Below, one piece after another: positions 58,682 to 64,000 of a stretch of DNA of 64,000 bases. The DNA is taken from NCBI GenBank assembly GCA_963833425.1, contig CAWHXP010000002.1, positions 128,001 to 192,000 of the forward strand, given 5' to 3'. The notes under the pieces were generated by a model. The model was not told the origin of the DNA and ran no database searches. It saw only the letters and a program-made list of their open reading frames with translations. Position numbers and translations under genes: made by a program. Every line of letters starts with the position of its first letter. The first letter of the stretch is position 1. The DNA is from an uncultured Methanosarcinaceae archaeon. Its GTDB lineage: Archaea > Halobacteriota > Methanosarcinia > Methanosarcinales > Methanosarcinaceae.

Positions 58682-59176
58682 TTAATCCATAAATTCTCGA
58701 AGAAGGCACTCGATTTTAGAGTCCAGATCTCTAGCAATAACGAGAGCTTCAGGGTTTCCGTATGGAGCCAGAAAACTGGCTATCTTGTCATACGACAAAT
58801 GCACACCATCTGGCCGCTCATCGACCAGAATTGTAACTGGAGCGTAAGATCCAGCATCGGGAATATGCTTTACCATTTCTTTCATGATGAGCGGATTGCC
58901 GATCAAAAAACGCATGACTTTCGGAGTGTTGAGCCCGTTTTCCTTACGCAAAATAGCGCCTAGATCGAATTTCATGAACATCATCAGCCCCGTTCTACCC
59001 AGACTCCTATGAATTACATTTTTCAGTTCAGCAAAGGTAAGTGCGCACTGAGTTGCTTCCATGAATTCGACCATATCTGTGTGCCCAACAGCCGCTTCTA
59101 GGGCTGCCACGATCACTTCGAATGGCTTGGAAGATATCACGCTGAATCGATCGATCTGGACTTTTTTGATAGTCAT
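58682..59176 (-). CDS. DUF302 domain protein
   Basis: FLIGNPLIMKEMVKH.PDAGSYAPVTILVDE; ATG at 59176 after GGAGA. Confidence 0.85.
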   Translation of the reverse strand: MTIKKVQIDRFSVISSKPFEVIVAALEAAVGHTDMVEFMEATQCALTFAELKNVIHRSLGRTGLMMFMKFDLGAILRKENGLNTPKVMRFLIGNPLIMKEMVKHIPDAGSYAPVTILVDERPDGVHLSYDKIASFLAPYGNPEALVIARDLDSKIECLLREFMD

Positions 59177-59359
59177 GTTTTCTTTTTCTCCGTAAAACCA
59201 TTTATATATTAGATTCCATTGCAAAAAATTAAAAGAAGATTCACCGAAATAAGTGGCAGTTTAGGAATATATATAATGAATATTTAACAAATATATAATT
59301 CCTTATCTCGAGGCTTCGTAGAATTTAGGAGCTTTTTTACTGTTTTCTGAGAAAATATT

Positions 59360-59390
59360 ATGCAGAGATTATAATGTTAAATCTGTGCAT
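59360..59390. repeat. Palindromic site H (ATGCAGAGATTAT-AATGT-TAAATCTGTGCAT)
   Basis: Family member between DUF302 and the methyltransferase. Confidence 0.75.
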
Positions 59391-59464
59391 AATTTGAACA
59401 GAAAATCCACAAAGGAAAAATCATGGATAAATTAGAATTCTCATTGGCATATTGTTATGCCTAA

Positions 59465-60421
59465 CTATTTGACAACTGCATATGCAAAGTGCTCATTTTC
59501 TTGTGTTTGATATTCATCAGTAAGTCCTTTGAAATAACGTTCTTTGATGTCTTCTGGCCTTAAATTTTCTTGGAGACTAAATCCTAAACTTGCTAGCTCA
59601 TCTCCTAAAATTGACGGATTTAAGCCAGTAATCATCGGTTCGCCTATATTTCTTAAATACTCCAACGTTTTTTTCATTCGTGGAGACGATTTCTCAGGGA
59701 TAAAAGCATCGGTATCGAGATAATCAAAAACAATAGTACTATCAGTGGGAGCAATTATTGTGATTGAGTGAAATACTGTAAATATTTCATCACGGGTCAA
59801 ATAAGGGGTAACACCAAGCCAATTAAAGAAGGTTTTAACTTTTTGGTCATAAGAAGATGAGCTAGTTAGTGCTGTTATTAGGCTTTCCTTCGTGAGATCT
59901 ATTGGAATAAAATGTAATTTTGCTGGATGTTTCCATCCCAACTCAGCAATGCGATGGAGCTTAAATTTTTGTGTAGCTGGGTGATCAACCTCAAACACTT
60001 CCAACTCTTCCATCATTTCAGGTTGTCGGAATGCAAATGTATCCATTCCTGCTCCAAGAATCACATACTGCTTTACTCCTTTTTTGATTTCATTTTTTAA
60101 GGCATCTTCAGCATATCGTGCACGGCTATTGAAAAAGCCTTCCAATTTACTGGTTGCTTGTCTTAATAACTCTGGAGTAATTGTTTGCTCAGATTGCAAT
60201 GCAGTATGAGGAAAATCATTCAACGGTAGATCATAGATCATATTTTGTTCAATTAAATGTTGTTCAATTAGTGCCCTTTTTTCCTCGGGTATCAACTCAT
60301 AGGCCAGAAAGTCGTCAAAGATTTTTTGAGTTGCATGTATGGAATGATAGGCACGCATGTAGGCTACCGTCATTGCAGTAAAGCTTGCTTGATTATCTTT
60401 CACTTTTATTGTCTCCTTCAT
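59465..60421 (-). CDS. Class I SAM-dependent methyltransferase (LCM/TIGR00027-like)
   Basis: TAMTVAYMRA, QYVILGAGMDTFAFR, FEVDHPATQ.FK, WLGVTPYL. Confidence 0.92.
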   Translation of the reverse strand: MKETIKVKDNQASFTAMTVAYMRAYHSIHATQKIFDDFLAYELIPEEKRALIEQHLIEQNMIYDLPLNDFPHTALQSEQTITPELLRQATSKLEGFFNSRARYAEDALKNEIKKGVKQYVILGAGMDTFAFRQPEMMEELEVFEVDHPATQKFKLHRIAELGWKHPAKLHFIPIDLTKESLITALTSSSSYDQKVKTFFNWLGVTPYLTRDEIFTVFHSITIIAPTDSTIVFDYLDTDAFIPEKSSPRMKKTLEYLRNIGEPMITGLNPSILGDELASLGFSLQENLRPEDIKERYFKGLTDEYQTQENEHFAYAVVK

Positions 60422-60537
60422 TTAACCATCTATTTTTAATGTAACCTCTCCAAAAAAACAATATCCAGAAAAAAATTATAACGTAAGAAAGTGAATAATG
60501 TTTTGCAGAACAGATCACAAAACTTTTCGAATGGGCT

Positions 60538-60765
60538 CTAAAAAAGTTCAATAAACTCTTCAGGTGTCAAGCCAGACTGCCTGATTATTGACTGCAAAGT
60601 TCCAACAGGAATTTCATTATAGTCAGGGATGATAACGATACGTGTTTCTTCCGATGTTTTCTTTTTCATTTTTATATGGCTGCCCTTTTGTGAAACCACC
60701 TTAAATCCTTGGCTATTGAGACCTTTTATAATCTCATGTGCTGACAGTATGGGAAGTTTTGTCAT
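60538..60765 (-). CDS. hicA: HicA-family toxin (mRNA interferase)
   Basis: GFKVVSQKGSHIKM, IIP...EIPVGTLQSIIRQSGL. Confidence 0.92.
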   Translation of the reverse strand: MTKLPILSAHEIIKGLNSQGFKVVSQKGSHIKMKKKTSEETRIVIIPDYNEIPVGTLQSIIRQSGLTPEEFIELF

Positions 60766-60976
60766 GGGAGACCTCAATTATTGTGGTAAGAATCGAGCCT
60801 GCAGCAGGGATTTTAACATCTTCATCTTCAAGATAGAGTTCTATAGCCTCTTTAAGATTATCAATTGTTTTTTCAATAGTTTCCCCCTGGCTTGCCACGT
60901 CAAGTTCTGGACACCATGATACGTACCATTCCCCTTCTTTATGGATTACTGCTGAAAACTTATAGGTCTCTTGCAT
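60734..60976 (-). CDS. hicB: Short HicB-family antitoxin (no obvious DNA-binding domain)
   Basis: YVSWCPELDVASQGETIEKTIDNLKEAIELYLE; overlaps hicA. Confidence 0.92.
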   Translation of the reverse strand: MQETYKFSAVIHKEGEWYVSWCPELDVASQGETIEKTIDNLKEAIELYLEDEDVKIPAAGSILTTIIEVSHDKTSHTVST

Positions 60977-61078
60977 ATATGAAAAAAGGTTGTATGCGCT
61001 ATAAAGATTTTCTCAAATATCATTTATTTTGAGAAAGTAATCATATCAGCGCTCATGGTTTACAAAACTGATATTTGA

Positions 61079-61109
61079 ATGCACAGATTTTTCTATAAAA
61101 CCTGTGCAT
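61079..61109. repeat. Palindromic site I (ATGCACAGATTTT-TCTAT-AAAACCTGTGCAT)
   Basis: Best-conserved copy: 12 of 13 arm positions complementary. Confidence 0.9.
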
Positions 61110-61488
61110 TAATGATGATAAAAAACAGAAACTTTGTCAGCATAATAATTGAATCTGCATCATACTTTTTGCAGTGAAATAAAAAATAACCCACATATGA
61201 CACATTTAAATCTTGAGAAGAACCTGATATCGATGAATTCCTCTGTATCTGGTTCCCTCAAGAAAGTAATGAGTTCTCGATCAGCCCACAAGATTCTTCT
61301 TAATGTATTGATAGGATAGCAAAACTATATCATTAATTGAACTGGCAATTGATTGCAATTAATTCAAAACCCAGAAAATAATAAAAAAATGTTTTATTTT
61401 TATCATTGATTGTTTTGAATGAGTATAGAAAAAATTTGGAGACCAGAAAATAAAAAAGTCTCTGGCTTACTGCTGTCTATGATTGGCA

Positions 61489-62688
61489 TTATGCTCGGAA
61501 CCGGGATGCTTCCTCCGAGCCACCTGTGGTATCACCCTCGGTATACGAACGAGCACCGGTCCCTGCCAGCTTTCCGTGGTCCACGATTAAATACTCTTCG
61601 CGGATCTGGCGTCCCTCCAGCCAGCATTCCAGAATCTCTCGAGTACCTGCCGCGTATCTTGCCTGTGCTGAGAGTGAGGTGCCTGAAGTATGTGGTGTCA
61701 TGCCATGATGTGGCATCGTCCGCCAAGGGTGATCCTTCGGCGCCGGCTGTGGGAACCAAACATCACCTGCATAGCCTGCCAGATGCCCGCTCTTCAGCGC
61801 CTGCGCCACAGCATCTCGGTCACATATTTTCCCACGAGCGCAGTTCACAAGGTAGGCTCCCCGTTTCATCTTGCTGATAAGCAAATCGCTAAACATGTTC
61901 TCTGTCTGCGGATGCAACGGTGCATTAATCGTCACTACGTCGCACAAAGGCACCATAGACTCAACATTTGAGTGATATTCCGCATTCAGCTCCTGCTCCA
62001 CTTCCACCGGCAACTGATGCCGTTCCGTGTAGTGAAGTTTAACGCCGAACGGCTTCAGCCGCCTGAGAACTGCCTCTCCAATGCGGCCTGCACCGACCGT
62101 ACCCACATGCATTCCTTCTAGATCATACGACCTGGACACCGCATCCGCGATGTTCCACCCTCCACGTATTACCCACCCATAGGCTGGTATGTAATCCCTC
62201 ACCAGCGCCAGGATCATCATAACCACGTGCTCGCTTACACTGATACTGTTCGAGTAGGTCACTTCCGCTACAGTCAGCCCGTGCTCCCCTGCCGCCTGTA
62301 GATCAACATGGTCCGAGCCGATTCCAGCGGTAATCACTAGTTTTAGTTTACGAGCCTTATTAATTCGGTCGGCAGTTAAGTACGCAGGCCAGAAAGGCTG
62401 CGAAATCACTACGTCTGCATCAATAAGCTCTCTTTCGAACACACTGTCCGACCCGTCCTTGTAAGAAGTTACCACTAAAGTATGCCCAGCAGCCTCCAGG
62501 AATTTCCGCAATCCAAGCTCGCCAGAGACACTTCCAAGCAACTCTCCAGGTCGAAAGTCGATAGCATGGGGCGTAGGTGCCGTCTGCCCATTGGGATACA
62601 GCTCTATTTCCGGTATGTCTTTTCGTGCATACGACGGTGGATAGCCCGTTATCGGGTCGTCGTACAGTACACAAAGGATTTTCACCAA
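61489..62688 (-). CDS. fdh: Bacterial-type metal-independent NAD(P)+-dependent formate dehydrogenase
   Basis: KILCVLYDDP..GYP..YAR N-terminus, SQPFWPAY, AGIGSDHVDL, GAGRIG, catalytic R285, PQP Q314, H333; collinear with the Pseudomonas sp. 101 FDH as I recall it; visibly GC-richer than flanks. Confidence 0.95.
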   Translation of the reverse strand: MVKILCVLYDDPITGYPPSYARKDIPEIELYPNGQTAPTPHAIDFRPGELLGSVSGELGLRKFLEAAGHTLVVTSYKDGSDSVFERELIDADVVISQPFWPAYLTADRINKARKLKLVITAGIGSDHVDLQAAGEHGLTVAEVTYSNSISVSEHVVMMILALVRDYIPAYGWVIRGGWNIADAVSRSYDLEGMHVGTVGAGRIGEAVLRRLKPFGVKLHYTERHQLPVEVEQELNAEYHSNVESMVPLCDVVTINAPLHPQTENMFSDLLISKMKRGAYLVNCARGKICDRDAVAQALKSGHLAGYAGDVWFPQPAPKDHPWRTMPHHGMTPHTSGTSLSAQARYAAGTREILECWLEGRQIREEYLIVDHGKLAGTGARSYTEGDTTGGSEEASRFRA

Positions 62689-63361
62689 AATAAATCACTC
62701 CTTCTCTGCCACAATGACGAGTAAGAGCTATCGAAAAACGTTCCATAACTGAAAGTTGATACACGCAGGGATGTTTGATCAATTTGTGTAGATTTCATCT
62801 TTTTGTCTCCTGTTATGTAACCATTCAGCTTAAAGAATACAACATCAATAACCATCTTTTATTAAATTCTCTTGACAAATTTCAATGAATCCGTTTTTGT
62901 AACCGCTGGATATTGACTATGTTTTTTGTAAATTAAAAAACAATTTTGGATGTATACTATTTCAAAATTGATATTAATTAATTGTTTTCAGTAGGCTGAA
63001 CAGTTATGTTTGGTTTATGTTCCATTCCCTGTGAGCGCCTATTTATAATTTAGGAGTTGCACATTCTATAATCAAATTAAAGAATAGCAAAGCCTAGTGG
63101 AAATATAAACTTAGGAGTTCGATAAATATCTAGGCATGTCAGTGATTGGTCGAAAATCTTATGAATGAAAATATTTCTATAGAACTTATGACAAACCTCG
63201 TATTCTTCGAACAACGGGCACAAGACATGAAAGTACTTGAAAGTGCTTTCATACCAAAGTTTGGATATATTAATCTTTTATAAGATTAATAATTGACAAA
63301 CAATAGTCTTTTATTTAAAACCTTAGAATGATGTACAAATAAATATCTATATATTGTACAA

Positions 63362-64000
63362 GGTTCCGTTGCAAAAAATCCTTTCTACTGATACAATAGA
63401 ATAAAAAGAAAATCAAAGATAGTAATATGCTATCTAATTCCTTTAAATGGAAGCATTATGAAGGAGAAATTATCTTATTAAACGTAAGATGGCACCTAAA
63501 ATACCCATTGAGCTATAGAAATTTAAAGGAAATGATGATAGAAAGGGGAATTCAAGTTGATCACAGTACTATAATGAGATGGGTACATCAATATTCTCCT
63601 GAAATCGAACAAAAGATAAGGAGACATTTAAGACCAACTAATGATTCTTGGAGAGTGGACGAAACTTACTTCAAGGTAAAAGGAGAATGGAAATATCTGT
63701 ATCTTGCAGTTGATTCAACTGGAAACACAGTTGATTTTATGCTAAGTGAAAAACGAGATAGAAAAGCAGCAAAGAGATTCTTTAAGAAAGCTTTGAGTTC
63801 TAATCATAACCAAATTCCGAGAGTAATAACAGTTGATAAGAATCCAGCTTATCCATCTGCTATAGGTAAACTGAAAAATGATAAAATACTACCTAAAAAC
63901 GTAGGTATTCGACAAATCAAGTATTTGAATAACATTATAGAACAAGATCATAGATCTATAAAGCGAATCGTTAATCCAATGTTAGGATTTCAGTCTTTTT
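63362..64000 (+). mobile_element. IS6-family element, runs off the window (transposase ORF from 63427)
   Basis: Left end GGTTCCGTTGCAAAA; FKWKHYEGEIILL, SWRVDETY, YLNNIIEQDHR. Confidence 0.92.

Noticed and set aside
52788..61109. 31-bp palindromes as CRISPR repeats
   Set aside because: Spacing is about 0.8-1.8 kb with whole genes between, copies are diverged and orientations mixed
62763..62793. Possible palindromic site closing the FDH module (also weak candidates near 3636, 38593 and 63352)
   Set aside because: Too many mismatches to call by eye; needs a PWM score

Overview
AT-rich archaeal chromosome segment, almost certainly from Methanosarcina or a close relative (inferred from the ycaO-tfuA pair, mutS-mutL, DUF1699, hel308, ABCE1 and archaeal tyrS, and Methanosarcina-type TPR/HEAT and IS families). 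A core of intact housekeeping genes (about 9-52 kb) is interleaved with many decayed IS5, IS6, IS110 and IS200 elements, short MITE-like elements and pseudogenes (glutamate decarboxylase, OYE-type flavin oxidoreductase, HEAT- and TPR-repeat genes). The 4.8-8.6 kb region holds intact tRNA-Leu(TAA) and tRNA-Val(TAC), two decayed tRNA-Leu(CAG) copies and a degenerate duplicate of the tRNA-Val 3' half. The most striking unexplained structure is a 31-32 bp imperfect palindrome (ATGCACAGGTTTT-N5-AAAACCTGTGCAT). I count nine copies by eye, seven of them between 52.8 and 61.1 kb. There they separate unrelated accessory genes into 1-2-gene modules (secreted protein, siroheme/4Fe-4S reductase, DUF302, SAM methyltransferase, hicBA), followed by a GC-rich bacterial-type NAD(P)-formate dehydrogenase. 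This looks like a recombinase-site-delimited cassette array, but that is an inference and no recombinase gene lies in the window. All calls were made by eye without database searches.
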